A stretch of DNA of 64,000 nt. Origin: Fibrobacteria bacterium (GTDB taxonomy: Bacteria; Fibrobacterota; Fibrobacteria; UBA11236). The stretch lies in NCBI GenBank assembly GCA_043745805.1, contig JAYTSD010000001.1:67680-131679 (forward strand). The letters are read 5' to 3'. Made by a program: the position numbers and the translations under genes. Below, in pieces: positions 47,270-57,328 of this stretch (its first letter is position 1; the number at the start of each line of letters is the position of its first letter). The notes under the pieces were generated by a model, which saw nothing but the letters and a program-made list of their open reading frames with translations, ran no database searches and was not told the origin of the DNA.

Positions 47270-48718
47270 ATGCTTCAATTAAGTTTTAAAAAGTTCATTT
47301 TACCAATAATCGGAGGAGCAATTCTTGGTGCATTTTCGCTAAGCTCTGCGCTTCCTGCGGGATTCACTGCGGTGCAAGTGGGACCTAAAACAGGTTTAAA
47401 ATTCGGAACGGCTATTGCCGAAGCACCCGATGGAAGAATTTTTTATACCGAAGCAACTGGTGCAGTTAAAGCTATCAAAGGAGATGTTGCGACTACTATT
47501 ACCACAGTATTGACCAGCACGGGAACGGAAAATGGATTATTAAAAGTAGTGGTGCATCCCAACTTTGCTACTAATGGATGGATTTACATTTACTATACCT
47601 CGGGAGATGGCAAACAACAGCAAATTGATCGTATCAAAGTAGATGCAAACAGTGCTATGACCGATTCGAAAACCATTTTCAGTTTTGCGATCAATGGATT
47701 GCAATTTCATAATGGGTCTGCAATGACATTTAAAGATGGTTTTCTTTATTTTGCTAAAGGAAATCATGGAAATACCGCAGCGGCACATGATTGGAAATCG
47801 TATTATGGCCATGTATTTCGTTTAACTGAAGATGGTGCCCCTGCTCCTGGAAATCCGCATTATGCAACGGCAGGTGCTAATGATGCCGAAAAAAGTACAT
47901 GGGCTTTGGGAATGAGAAATCCTTGGAGTATGTCAGTTGACCCAATTACTAATAGGCTTTTATGTACCAATGTAGGTGAGGGGACAGAAGAAATTAATGA
48001 TATTACAGCCCCTGATGCGGCAAAAGGATATGATTTTGGTGGCATAGACCATGAAGGAATTCAAACAGCCTATATCAGCCCACTTTATTTTTACAAAACA
48101 AATGGTGGCATGGGAAATTCACCAGTAAGCTCAATAGTTTATAACCCACCAGTTACCAATTGGCCTGCTGAATATAAAGGTTTGTTTTTTACCAATGATT
48201 ATAATGGAAGTAAGAAGTTTTCTACTGTTCCTTTAAAAGCAAATGGCACATCTACAAGTCTCGATGATGCCGCTAGCGGAGTAAAGCCGTTTCATGATTG
48301 CACTACTTGCATCGGAACTATACTCGGTAATAATGGCAATATCTACTATATAAAGAACGATTCTTATAATGGGTTTGGTTCCAATGCAGCTGTTTACCAA
48401 ATCAGTTATGGACCCGTTGGCACGCTTTCCAAACCTTCACTTTCCATGCGTAATTTCTCATTAAAAATGGGTGTTCAAAACGAAATCAATTTCAGTTTAA
48501 ATGGTGCATTTTCAACGCAAGATATTAACAATGCCACTTTCTCCATTATTGGTGCGGATGGAAAAACTTATTTCTCTAAACCCATTACAATTACCAATTC
48601 GACTTTACAGGTGCAGGGATTTGAACCCAAAACCTCGGGAGTATTCGTCGGTCAATTGCACTGGAATTCTCAAGGTGCTGACCATGTGGCTAATGGACGT
48701 TTAGTGGTTCTGCCTTAA
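47270..48718 (+). CDS. secreted PQQ-dependent sugar dehydrogenase-like beta-propeller protein with C-terminal Ig-like/sorting tail
   Basis: Signal peptide plus GSDH-family blocks (GLKFGTAIAEAPDGRIFYTE...NGLLKVVVHPNF...WIYIYYT...HNGSAMTF...GMRNPWSMSVDP), followed by a ~100-aa C-terminal beta domain. Confidence 0.6.
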   Translation: MLQLSFKKFILPIIGGAILGAFSLSSALPAGFTAVQVGPKTGLKFGTAIAEAPDGRIFYTEATGAVKAIKGDVATTITTVLTSTGTENGLLKVVVHPNFATNGWIYIYYTSGDGKQQQIDRIKVDANSAMTDSKTIFSFAINGLQFHNGSAMTFKDGFLYFAKGNHGNTAAAHDWKSYYGHVFRLTEDGAPAPGNPHYATAGANDAEKSTWALGMRNPWSMSVDPITNRLLCTNVGEGTEEINDITAPDAAKGYDFGGIDHEGIQTAYISPLYFYKTNGGMGNSPVSSIVYNPPVTNWPAEYKGLFFTNDYNGSKKFSTVPLKANGTSTSLDDAASGVKPFHDCTTCIGTILGNNGNIYYIKNDSYNGFGSNAAVYQISYGPVGTLSKPSLSMRNFSLKMGVQNEINFSLNGAFSTQDINNATFSIIGADGKTYFSKPITITNSTLQVQGFEPKTSGVFVGQLHWNSQGADHVANGRLVVLP

Positions 48719-48747
48719 GCTCTTATAGCCTTCCTTGTAAAAGCTCA

Positions 48748-48776
48748 AACCCTGCTCCTAAAGCAGGGTTTTTTTT
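48748..48776 (+). terminator. rho-independent terminator
   Basis: ccctgct-cctaa-agcaggg hairpin followed by a T8 run, right after the stop codon. Confidence 0.65.
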
Positions 48777-49029
48777 GCTCAAAATTATAACGGGGTTTGG
48801 TGATGCTTATCACATAAACTCTTGCGGTTAAATTGCATATTTCTCAAATGGGACTAAAAGTAACGGCTTTGACTTTTTCTAGCTCTTTGGGATACTTAAA
48901 ACCCTTTATTCATGGAATTAGCCAGCCTCCAGTTAGAGTAAAATATTTAGATTTCCTCCCGCACTTATTCTGGAAACAAGACCCATGGTTTATTTCCGTT
49001 TACTTGATCTTTAACCGTAAAGAAAAATT

Positions 49030-52000
49030 ATGCACTACCATATAAAAAAAATCGCTTTTTTATTTTCGGCTTTTATGCTGCTTTTCTTGTGGTCCTGCAC
49101 TTCCACAGATTCGCAAGGCGATCAATATTTAAAATTCAATTTAAGCGCTTCCCTTAAAGAATATAATCGAGTACAAATTCGTTTGGTGAATGCCATTGAT
49201 TCCAATACGGTTTATGACACGGTATGGAATGATACTTTAAAAGATCCAGTAAATTTTCCTCGCTATAAATTAAAAGCAGCGAAGAACAAAGATTTTGTGA
49301 TTCAAATTCGCGGTTATAATAAAGACAAACTTAGTTTAGCAAGGGACATTAAAGTAATCGGGAATGCTCCACAAACACCCATCACGGTTCAAGCGGATTT
49401 ACGACTTTACGATTTGGAATTATCGCAGGGTAGCTTACAGCCTGCATTAGATCCTGATGTGTATGCTTACACAGTTAACGTGCCGGATACGGTAGCAAAT
49501 ATATCTTTTACCCTGTCTGCATTAGATTCGTCAAATATTTTGCAAATAGGCCCCATTCCCTTTAATTGGGGGAAAAGTTATGCGCAAGCTATAAAAATAG
49601 GGGAAAATACCCTAATCATTACCGTGCAAAGTAAAGATGGTAAGACTTCAAAAATTTATACCATAGTGATAAATCGTGGAAACCCACCACCGCCTAGCTC
49701 CAAACCCATTAGTGTGCAATTTGTGTCAGGCTCTCCTTTGAACTTAACTATTGGCGGACCCGCTATCACTGCTGTAGCTACCGTAAACCCAACTGATGCT
49801 GATCAAACCATAATCTGGACAAGTTTAGATACCACCCTCGCGAAGATCAATGCGCAAGGTTTGCTACAACCCATTAAAGCAGGCAATACCTTTATCAAAG
49901 CCAGTGCTAAAGGGGATACATCGGTTAATGCTCTATTAACACTGAATGTCTCAAGTCCAATTCCTTCCAAACCCACCAAGGTGCAATTGCTGATTGCTTC
50001 CCCTTTGAATTTATATGTAGGTGGGGCAGGAACCACGGCTACCGCTAGCGTAACTCCCGCTGATGCCGATCAAAGCATACTCTGGGCGAGCTTAGATAGC
50101 ACTATTGCCAAAGTCAATGCACAAGGTTTGGTAACGCCTATTAAAGCCGGCACTACCTTTATTAAAGCCAGTGCCAAAGCAGATAGCTCGGTGAGTATTT
50201 TATTGGCTATCAATGTGGCCAGTACGCCTCCTCCCAAACCCACAAAATTACAATGGGTTACCCCATCTCCTTTGAGCTTAACCCTCGGCGGAGCGGCACT
50301 CACAGGGGCCGCGACAATAACTCCTGCCACAGCCGATCAAACTATTTTGTGGATGAGTTTAGACACCACTATTGTTACGGTTAATGCGCAAGGCCTTATT
50401 CAAGCAGTAAAAGTAGGCACTACTTTTGTCAAAGCCAGTGCTAAGGGTGACACCACGGTTAATGCCTTATTAACCGTCAATGTGGTTAATCCTCCGCCTA
50501 TAAAACCCACTTCCGTGCAAATGATCACTAATCCCGAATTGGATTTAGCCGATAATGGAACTCTGGGTAAAGCGGATGCGAAAGTTCTTCCCACAGGAGC
50601 TTTACAAAGCCTTATCTGGACCGTAACAGATTCCAGCATTGTCAAAGTGGATTCCTTAGGCAATGTATCCCCGTTGAAAGTGGGTACTACCACTCTTAAA
50701 GCTAGAGCCAAAGCCGACACTTCACTTTCTGCTACTTTGCTCGTAAAAGTGATGCACATTGTAAAATCGGTGGACAGCTTGCGAGTTACTCCTAAAACTA
50801 AAACCTTTTATACCGGCAGTAACTTGGTAGATACGGTTAAGGTCACTTTTTACCCAATTGATACGGGACGTGTCGCTGAATTCAAATCCAGCGATGTGGG
50901 TGTAGTTACGGTGAACGCCAAAGGGGAACTTATTTCCGTAGCTCCAGGAAAAGCCACGATACTGGTCAATCCATTAGGGGATAAAACCAAATTTGATTCT
51001 TGTGTAGTGACGGTGATTAAAGACACTCCCAAACTAGACCCAGGCGCAGATAAGAATGTGCAAGCCAATCAGCCTATAACATTTAACATTACCGTTACCC
51101 AAGCCTTTGGAACCATCGCAATTCTTCGTTGGGATTTAAACGGCGATGGAGTATGGGAAGACTCAACCAAAAATGCTACAGCAGCTCCTGTATTCACTTA
51201 CCCTTTGGCTAAGTCCTATACAGCTAAATTTGAAGTGCGCGATAGTGAAGGCAATGATACGGTAGTTACTCGTCAAGTAATCACCGATGCGCAAATCCCG
51301 CAAATCAAAATCACTCATCCTGCTGCGGATACCTTAATAAACACGAAATCTTTTATTGTGGGATACGATTCGAATAGTGTGAAGAAAACCAAACCCTTTA
51401 CTTTGGTTGAGGGGCTTAACAAAATTGTGATCACCGCCAATAATGCGGGAAAAATTGGAGGAGATTCATTGTTTATCACCGTGGATGATATTCTTCCAGC
51501 TACTCCAGTTTTATCGGCAGCAACTCCTGTGCAAAATCCAAGTTGGACTTGGCCTGCGGTGGAAGCAAAGGCAAAGTATGCCATACGCTTGGTGCAAGGG
51601 ACACAAAAAGCTCAGCAAACCTTAAACAGTGCAGGATACACTCCACCTGTAACAGCCACTTTAGTAGATGGATCTTATACTCTGTATGTTATGACTATTG
51701 ATAGTGCAGGGAATACTAGCAATGAAGTTTTGTCTACGGTGATGGTAGATAAGACAAAACCACAACTGGCTATTACAGGACCTAGTGCCGATAGTTTGGT
51801 TACCTCCATAAATCCTATAATAAAAGGTACAACTTCGGATAATATTAAGGTAAGTAAACTGACTTACTCTAATTCTCAAGGTGGCTTGACAGGAAACATT
51901 GTTCCTAGTGGATCAACATGGAGCTTATCGGGGATTAATTTTCCAGATGGAAAAAACACCTTAACCATTCATGCTGAAGATGCTGCTGGAAACCAGGCGG

Positions 52001-52797
52001 TAGATCAAACTATCGATATTTATAAATGGTCAAAAGTGATATTTGTGCGTTCAGGAAAAAACGGTAATGGTACATCTTGGGCGAATGCTTATGGAATTAT
52101 TGACACCGCATTAATGAGTGCAAGAGCCAAGCTTGCAGGTGCTCAGGTGTGGGTTTCGAAAGGTATATATGGGGAATATGGTACATCGCAAGTAGTTGTT
52201 TCGTTGCCTAAAGATGGTCTTGTTTTGGGTGGGTTTTTAGATGCGGGTGCACCTTCAGATTCAAGTCAACGGGCACCAGTTACGAATCCGACCACATTTT
52301 TTAATAGATACATGTATGTGGATACGCTAGGAACGCGTTACGAATTTAACGGCATAGATTTTTGGGCTAGTAGTTCTCGTGCCTATTATACCGATCAATC
52401 TGGAACACTTGCATTTTTAAACTGTACATTTCGTGATGGAACGAATGATGTGATTACTATGGATACTCCCTATTATATCAATGTGGATATAATTAACTGT
52501 AATTTCTTTCGTGCGAATCAAGCTTTGTACATTAGGAATACAGCAGGAAACGTTCGCTGTATTAATGCTAAGTTTTATTCAAATAATAATAACTCAATTA
52601 AAATAGGTGAAGTTACTGCAAACTCAATTTTAATTGATAAAAGTACCTTGGATTATGACGTTTCGAATTCTGGCGGCATTATTCAATTGACATTTTTTGC
52701 ACATATTTCTGGGATTATTAGCAACAGTTTCGTTCGTGGTGGAAGATTAGCCATAGATGCAATACCGTTGGCTGATTATATCAGTAATACACAATAG
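49030..52797 (+). CDS. large surface lipoprotein with tandem Big_2 Ig-like repeats, PKD-like domain and C-terminal right-handed beta-helix
   Basis: 1255 aa with a lipoprotein signal (LLFLWSC). At least five ~85-aa Big_2-like repeats separated by PPPP/PKPT linkers. A PKD-like block (WDLNGDGVWEDST...FEVRDSEGN). A C-terminal pectate-lyase-like beta-helix (CTFRDGTNDV...INCNFFRANQALYIRNTAGNVRCINAKFYSNNNNS). Confidence 0.7.
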   Translation: MHYHIKKIAFLFSAFMLLFLWSCTSTDSQGDQYLKFNLSASLKEYNRVQIRLVNAIDSNTVYDTVWNDTLKDPVNFPRYKLKAAKNKDFVIQIRGYNKDKLSLARDIKVIGNAPQTPITVQADLRLYDLELSQGSLQPALDPDVYAYTVNVPDTVANISFTLSALDSSNILQIGPIPFNWGKSYAQAIKIGENTLIITVQSKDGKTSKIYTIVINRGNPPPPSSKPISVQFVSGSPLNLTIGGPAITAVATVNPTDADQTIIWTSLDTTLAKINAQGLLQPIKAGNTFIKASAKGDTSVNALLTLNVSSPIPSKPTKVQLLIASPLNLYVGGAGTTATASVTPADADQSILWASLDSTIAKVNAQGLVTPIKAGTTFIKASAKADSSVSILLAINVASTPPPKPTKLQWVTPSPLSLTLGGAALTGAATITPATADQTILWMSLDTTIVTVNAQGLIQAVKVGTTFVKASAKGDTTVNALLTVNVVNPPPIKPTSVQMITNPELDLADNGTLGKADAKVLPTGALQSLIWTVTDSSIVKVDSLGNVSPLKVGTTTLKARAKADTSLSATLLVKVMHIVKSVDSLRVTPKTKTFYTGSNLVDTVKVTFYPIDTGRVAEFKSSDVGVVTVNAKGELISVAPGKATILVNPLGDKTKFDSCVVTVIKDTPKLDPGADKNVQANQPITFNITVTQAFGTIAILRWDLNGDGVWEDSTKNATAAPVFTYPLAKSYTAKFEVRDSEGNDTVVTRQVITDAQIPQIKITHPAADTLINTKSFIVGYDSNSVKKTKPFTLVEGLNKIVITANNAGKIGGDSLFITVDDILPATPVLSAATPVQNPSWTWPAVEAKAKYAIRLVQGTQKAQQTLNSAGYTPPVTATLVDGSYTLYVMTIDSAGNTSNEVLSTVMVDKTKPQLAITGPSADSLVTSINPIIKGTTSDNIKVSKLTYSNSQGGLTGNIVPSGSTWSLSGINFPDGKNTLTIHAEDAAGNQAVDQTIDIYKWSKVIFVRSGKNGNGTSWANAYGIIDTALMSARAKLAGAQVWVSKGIYGEYGTSQVVVSLPKDGLVLGGFLDAGAPSDSSQRAPVTNPTTFFNRYMYVDTLGTRYEFNGIDFWASSSRAYYTDQSGTLAFLNCTFRDGTNDVITMDTPYYINVDIINCNFFRANQALYIRNTAGNVRCINAKFYSNNNNSIKIGEVTANSILIDKSTLDYDVSNSGGIIQLTFFAHISGIISNSFVRGGRLAIDAIPLADYISNTQ
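49680..50520 (+). repeat. tandem ~255-bp coding repeats (Big_2 units)
   Basis: Nucleotide-level similarity between successive units, e.g. ...atcaatgcgcaaggtttgctacaacccattaaagcaggcaatacctttatcaaagccagtgctaaagg... versus ...gtcaatgcacaaggtttggtaacgcctattaaagccggcactacctttattaaagccagtgccaaagc.... Confidence 0.6.
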
Positions 52798-53000
52798 CAT
52801 GAAAATGGTTTTACAGGAAAGCAAGGGGTTTTCCTTTTAGAATTAACTGCTCTGCCAACCTTAGTAATGGGTGAGTTTGCGCATTGTGCTATAGAAGAGT
52901 ATTTTTTTTATCTATGGTATTGGCCTGATTCTCTATTAAAGAAAGCAGGTAAATAAGATTCTACGCGCATGGATATTTTTATGATTTTGGGAAGTAAAGA

Positions 53001-55616
53001 ATGACAAGAAAAGTTATCACCGAAGCCGAATTAATATCCGGCATTACCTTACCCTCTTCTGGCGGCCATTTTACCATTGTGGTTAAAAGCGACAAAGAAA
53101 TGACGCGCGTTCGCCTCACAGGAATGTTTTTCGCGCTGGATAAATGTTTCTTGCTTCCTTCGGCCATGCAAGGCATTAAAGAAATTGCGCAGCAATATGA
53201 TATGCACCCCAATAGTCATTTACTCATTGTGGGACATACCGACACTTCGGGTGAGGACGATTATAATTTGACTTTATCTTTAGAGCGTGCCGAAGCGGTA
53301 GCCGCTTTTTTACAAGATAAAGTTGCAGATTGGGAAGATTATTTCGCAGATTCAAAACCCGAAGCCAAGCGTTGGGGCATGCGAGAAATACAACTCATGC
53401 TTTCGGCCTTACCGGACTTTGAAGAAGAAAAGTTTCTCACCGAAGAGGATATTTCCGGTGAAGACGATGCGGTTACCCAAGTTGGAGTAAAAGCTTTTCA
53501 GAAAGCGCATCAACTTAAAGAGGATGGCATAGCAGGACCCAAAACGCGCAAAGCTTTGATTAAAGCATACATGGAGTTGGATGGTACAACTTTACCCCAT
53601 GATGCCGATAACACTATTAAAATTACTACTCATGGTTGTGGTGAAAATTTCCCTTTGATTAAAACGGGCGATGGCGTGCAAAATGATGAGAATCGCCGCG
53701 TGGAAATTTTCTTTTTTGAAGGCGATATCAAACCTGAGCCAGCTGCTGATAAAAAATCCAAGAAAGGCACGAAGCCGCATTTGTTTTGGAATGATCAGGT
53801 AACGCATGAAGTACATGTCCCTGTCAAAAAAGCATATCATGAACATGCGATTAAAGAAGATTTTGATGGCTTTATCTTTTATAATCCTGCCCAGGAAAAA
53901 TATCTTTTGCTTGAAACACAAGAAGAGTTTAAAGCGTTTTCTACTAGTGTGGATAAATCGCATGCCTTGCGCGGGAAAACGGCGCTGGCCTGGGAAAAAT
54001 CCAGTTCAAAAGAACGAAAAGAAGAATTGGAAAAAACTAAAAAGGAATGGGAAGAGCTATTTGAAGGGAAAGTTTTAGCAGATGCAGATAAAGGATTAGA
54101 AGAAATTCTTTTGGTCAAAGGAAATAAAAGTTGGGGGAAGGTTACCGCTTTTACCCATGTACCCTCGGCTTGGACCAAAGATGACAAAAAAATTCCGGGT
54201 CGTTGGGCCAAGCATAGTGATAAAGCTTTGCAAAAACAGTTGGATAAACTTCTTCATAAAGATGATGAAAAAAAAGGCGCACTTGAAAAGAAATTTAAAA
54301 TGAAACTTTTCGAAAGTGAGCCGATGGTGGGTAGCATTTGGCCTTGGGCTCATATGAGCCGAAAAATTCATGAAAAAAAAGACGAGAACGAAGACGATCA
54401 TTTTGATCTTTCTGCTGAAGCCGCTTTATGTCGTTATGCAGCGGGATATAAGGGTGAAGCCGAATTTGACATAAAAGAAAGAAAATTAAAAATCGAAGGA
54501 TCAGGAAGCGCTTCTTTTTCGGTAGTAGAGGGTAAAATTTCAGGAAGCTGGTATTTACCAGATCGCGGAGGAATTAACCTACTGGGATTTTTATGCATGG
54601 ATAAATCTCAAAAAGTTTGTCGCGAAAATGGGCATGCTTGTTTATTGCGCGTTTCTATTTCCAGTGAAGGCAATGTTTTTGCGGGAATCTCAGTCAGTGG
54701 CGCCCTCGCCTTTCCGGCTATTGATTTATCCACGGATGTTAAAAAACGAAAAGTCGAAACTAGTGCCAAAGCAGAGGGGCTTTTAGGAGCGAGAGCGGCC
54801 GGTGAAATAAAATTGGAAATAAAATGGAGTCCCGATCCAAAAACAGAATTTGCAGAATTAGGAAATTATGGTGGAGAGGTTGGGGGTACAGCGGGGATAG
54901 CCGCTGGGGCCGAGTTTAATATTGGCTACTCCAATGGACGCTTTCAATTTAAATGCTCAGCCAGTTTAGCCATTGGATTGGGTGGCAAAGCTGGTTTGGC
55001 CATAGAAATAGGCGTGGATGAAGCGTATCACTTTATTAAACACATTACCGAAAGTGCGGATAGTCATTATGTAAGCGAAATTGCTCAAGCAGCTTTTGTT
55101 ACCTATAAGAATTTTGCCTTTGCGAAAATAGTCGAAGCGGAATTGATACTAGAGCACGGGGCACATAAAGCGATTGATGAAGTACATAATTTTGAACATT
55201 GGTTATCAAAAAACATTAACAAGATAGACAAAATAAAATCCAGAATTATTGGGGCACCCTTGCGGCAAATTATGTATAAGGACATACCCCCGGAGGCTTT
55301 GGGTCAAGCTATTATTACTTTAATGCATGGTCGGGAAACGGCAGATTTTCCGGCCATATTGGATATTTTAAAGTCGGCAGAAAGTGATCATAAATTCAAA
55401 TGGATTTTACGTATTACCTCCCAAATATCTTTGCCGAATAGGGATAATCCTACTTACGAGAAAACAAGCGGCGAGGCTTTGAAGGCTGGGATCAAAAGGA
55501 TAAATGATTTTGGATATGGTATCGGATACTCAGATTCACAGCATAAAGAACCAAAAAGTAACGAAAATTTTCTGGACCAATTTCAGGAACTTTTGCAAAA
55601 AAATGGGATACGTTAA
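53001..55616 (+). CDS. signal-less OmpA_C-like peptidoglycan-binding protein with inserted PG_binding_1 module and long C-terminal region (candidate toxin/effector)
   Basis: 871 aa. OmpA-C motifs (FALDKCFLLPSA...LLIVGHTDTSGEDDYNLTLSLERAEAV ... NRRVEIFFF) split by a PG_binding_1-like segment (VTQVGVKAFQKAHQLKEDGIAGPKTRKAL). Then a ~250-aa K/E-rich region and a Gly-zipper-like segment (GIAAGAEFNIG...AIGLGGKAGLAIEIG). Confidence 0.55.
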   Translation: MTRKVITEAELISGITLPSSGGHFTIVVKSDKEMTRVRLTGMFFALDKCFLLPSAMQGIKEIAQQYDMHPNSHLLIVGHTDTSGEDDYNLTLSLERAEAVAAFLQDKVADWEDYFADSKPEAKRWGMREIQLMLSALPDFEEEKFLTEEDISGEDDAVTQVGVKAFQKAHQLKEDGIAGPKTRKALIKAYMELDGTTLPHDADNTIKITTHGCGENFPLIKTGDGVQNDENRRVEIFFFEGDIKPEPAADKKSKKGTKPHLFWNDQVTHEVHVPVKKAYHEHAIKEDFDGFIFYNPAQEKYLLLETQEEFKAFSTSVDKSHALRGKTALAWEKSSSKERKEELEKTKKEWEELFEGKVLADADKGLEEILLVKGNKSWGKVTAFTHVPSAWTKDDKKIPGRWAKHSDKALQKQLDKLLHKDDEKKGALEKKFKMKLFESEPMVGSIWPWAHMSRKIHEKKDENEDDHFDLSAEAALCRYAAGYKGEAEFDIKERKLKIEGSGSASFSVVEGKISGSWYLPDRGGINLLGFLCMDKSQKVCRENGHACLLRVSISSEGNVFAGISVSGALAFPAIDLSTDVKKRKVETSAKAEGLLGARAAGEIKLEIKWSPDPKTEFAELGNYGGEVGGTAGIAAGAEFNIGYSNGRFQFKCSASLAIGLGGKAGLAIEIGVDEAYHFIKHITESADSHYVSEIAQAAFVTYKNFAFAKIVEAELILEHGAHKAIDEVHNFEHWLSKNINKIDKIKSRIIGAPLRQIMYKDIPPEALGQAIITLMHGRETADFPAILDILKSAESDHKFKWILRITSQISLPNRDNPTYEKTSGEALKAGIKRINDFGYGIGYSDSQHKEPKSNENFLDQFQELLQKNGIR

Positions 55617-56378
55617 ATGCGATTAATAGTTTCTACTCTCCTTATGATTCATATTTCTTTTTCTAATACCCAATATTATTGTGGGCAAAAGGAAACCATA
55701 AAGCGTCCTTATGGTCAAGTTGAGTTGAGAGTAAATTGCCGTGGCCTTCAAGAATATAATTCGATCTCCGTATTGGAATACAAGGATAATGTTCAACATG
55801 GAAACGCTGTTCATTATACTGGCCAATGGCAAAAAAAAGATAGTTGTTTTTTTGTGAATGGAAAAGAGAATGGGGTTTGTTTGTTTTGGGACTCCTTAGG
55901 AAACATTGTGGGCAAAGCACCATACAAAGATGGCCATGAAATTGGAAAGAATGAAAGCTACTACTCCCCGGGTAAACCCAGCAATATCACCAATTACAAT
56001 GACAGCGGAAAAAAAGATGGCGATGTTCAAGAGTGGTGGCCAAATGGAAATAAAAAGTTAGTAGGAAAGTGTAAAAATGGACAATATCTTCATATTGAAG
56101 AATATTTTCCCAATGGTCAATTGCGCATTATGAGTGATAATAAATATGAACCAGATATCTTGAGAAAAGATCCTTTACTAAATTCTGCGGTGGCCTATTC
56201 GGCTAAAGGAAAGCCTACAGGTAAGGTGGTAAACGGGAATGGCGAATATTTTATGTTTGATGATGTACCCGATAGCACCACAAAAAAATATCGCGTATTA
56301 CATGTGATTTATAAAAATGGCTTCGAAGAGCACAATGAAGAAATCAGCGCCAAAGCCGCTGCGAAGTTGCAAAAATAG
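55617..56378 (+). CDS. YwqK/MORN_2-repeat family protein (immunity-protein-like)
   Basis: 253 aa with an N-terminal hydrophobic leader and repeated G..G....Y..NG motifs (NGVCLFWDSLGN ; KKDGDVQEWWPNGNK ; KNGQYLHIEEYFPNGQL). The start codon is adjacent to the stop of the 871-aa gene. Confidence 0.6.
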   Translation: MRLIVSTLLMIHISFSNTQYYCGQKETIKRPYGQVELRVNCRGLQEYNSISVLEYKDNVQHGNAVHYTGQWQKKDSCFFVNGKENGVCLFWDSLGNIVGKAPYKDGHEIGKNESYYSPGKPSNITNYNDSGKKDGDVQEWWPNGNKKLVGKCKNGQYLHIEEYFPNGQLRIMSDNKYEPDILRKDPLLNSAVAYSAKGKPTGKVVNGNGEYFMFDDVPDSTTKKYRVLHVIYKNGFEEHNEEISAKAAAKLQK

Positions 56379-56430
56379 ATTTCGAAACCCTGCACCGATA
56401 GTTTGGTTGCAATCAATCGCAAAATTCAAA

Positions 56431-56456
56431 CCCAGCTTTCAAAGCTGGGTTTTTTG
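56431..56456 (+). terminator. rho-independent terminator
   Basis: cccagcttt/aaagctggg hairpin followed by a T-run, after the YwqK-like gene. Confidence 0.65.
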
Positions 56457-56521
56457 TTTCAACAAAATGGAAATTGCACTTAATCATTCGAATCATTATC
56501 CCATTTAATTAACTTTGTCGA

Positions 56522-57328
56522 ATGGAAACATTTTATATCGCGATCATCATTGGCCTTGTCGAAGGCATCACCGAATTTCTCCCAGTGTCCTCTACCGGGC
56601 ATATGATTTTAGTTGGACATTTGCTTGGTTTTATCGGTGAAAAAGCCGATACCTTTGAAATTTTTATTCAGCTCGGCGCCATACTGGCGGTGGCATTTTT
56701 GTATAAAGAAAAGTTTTTCGCATTGTTTAATTTTACGGCGCAAAAAAATCCCGAAGAGTTCGCGGGAAAAAAAGGCATACTCCTTTTGGCGCTCACCACT
56801 TTACCCGCGCTTGTGATAGGCAAGTTTGCGCATCATGCAATAAAAGAACATTTGTTTTCACCGCTTACTGTGGCTATAGGTTTAGGCGTGGGTGGTTTGG
56901 CTATTGTGATCATCGAAAAGTTTTTGCCGCAACCGCATAAGCTTGGTTTAAAGGCTATTACGCGCAAGGATGCCTTGCTGGTAGGTTTCTTTCAATGCCT
57001 AGCCTTATGGCCAGGCATGTCGCGTTCGGCTTCAACTATGATGGGTGGAATGCTTTTGGGCATAGAAAGAAAAACTATTGCGGAATATTCTTTTTTGGCA
57101 GCGGTGCCGCTAATGATTGCGGCGACGGGTTATGATTTATTAAAGAGCCGACACTTATTGCATACCAGCGACTTTGGTTTTTTCGCTATTGGCTTTGTGG
57201 TTTCATTTATTGCGGCTTGGGCGGCGATTAAAATTTTTATTCGTTTCATTGGCAATCACACTTTGTCGGGATTTGGTTGGTATAGAATTGCCTTAGCGGC
57301 ATTTTCCTTTTGGTTTTTTACCCGCTAA
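56522..57328 (+). CDS. uppP: undecaprenyl-diphosphate phosphatase
   Basis: 268 aa polytopic. UppP/BacA signature (GLVEGITEFLPVSSTGHMIL ... PGMSRSASTMMGG). Confidence 0.9.
   Translation: METFYIAIIIGLVEGITEFLPVSSTGHMILVGHLLGFIGEKADTFEIFIQLGAILAVAFLYKEKFFALFNFTAQKNPEEFAGKKGILLLALTTLPALVIGKFAHHAIKEHLFSPLTVAIGLGVGGLAIVIIEKFLPQPHKLGLKAITRKDALLVGFFQCLALWPGMSRSASTMMGGMLLGIERKTIAEYSFLAAVPLMIAATGYDLLKSRHLLHTSDFGFFAIGFVVSFIAAWAAIKIFIRFIGNHTLSGFGWYRIALAAFSFWFFTR

Noticed and set aside
49803-50759. Three minus-strand ORFs (77-119 aa) inside the large lipoprotein gene
   Set aside because: They lie antisense to a strongly supported repeat-containing CDS and mirror its repeat structure. They are shadow ORFs created by the Big_2 repeats.
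52979-53212. 77-aa minus-strand ORF overlapping the start of the 871-aa gene
   Set aside because: It is antisense to the OmpA-like domain coding region, and the plus-strand gene carries clear conserved motifs.
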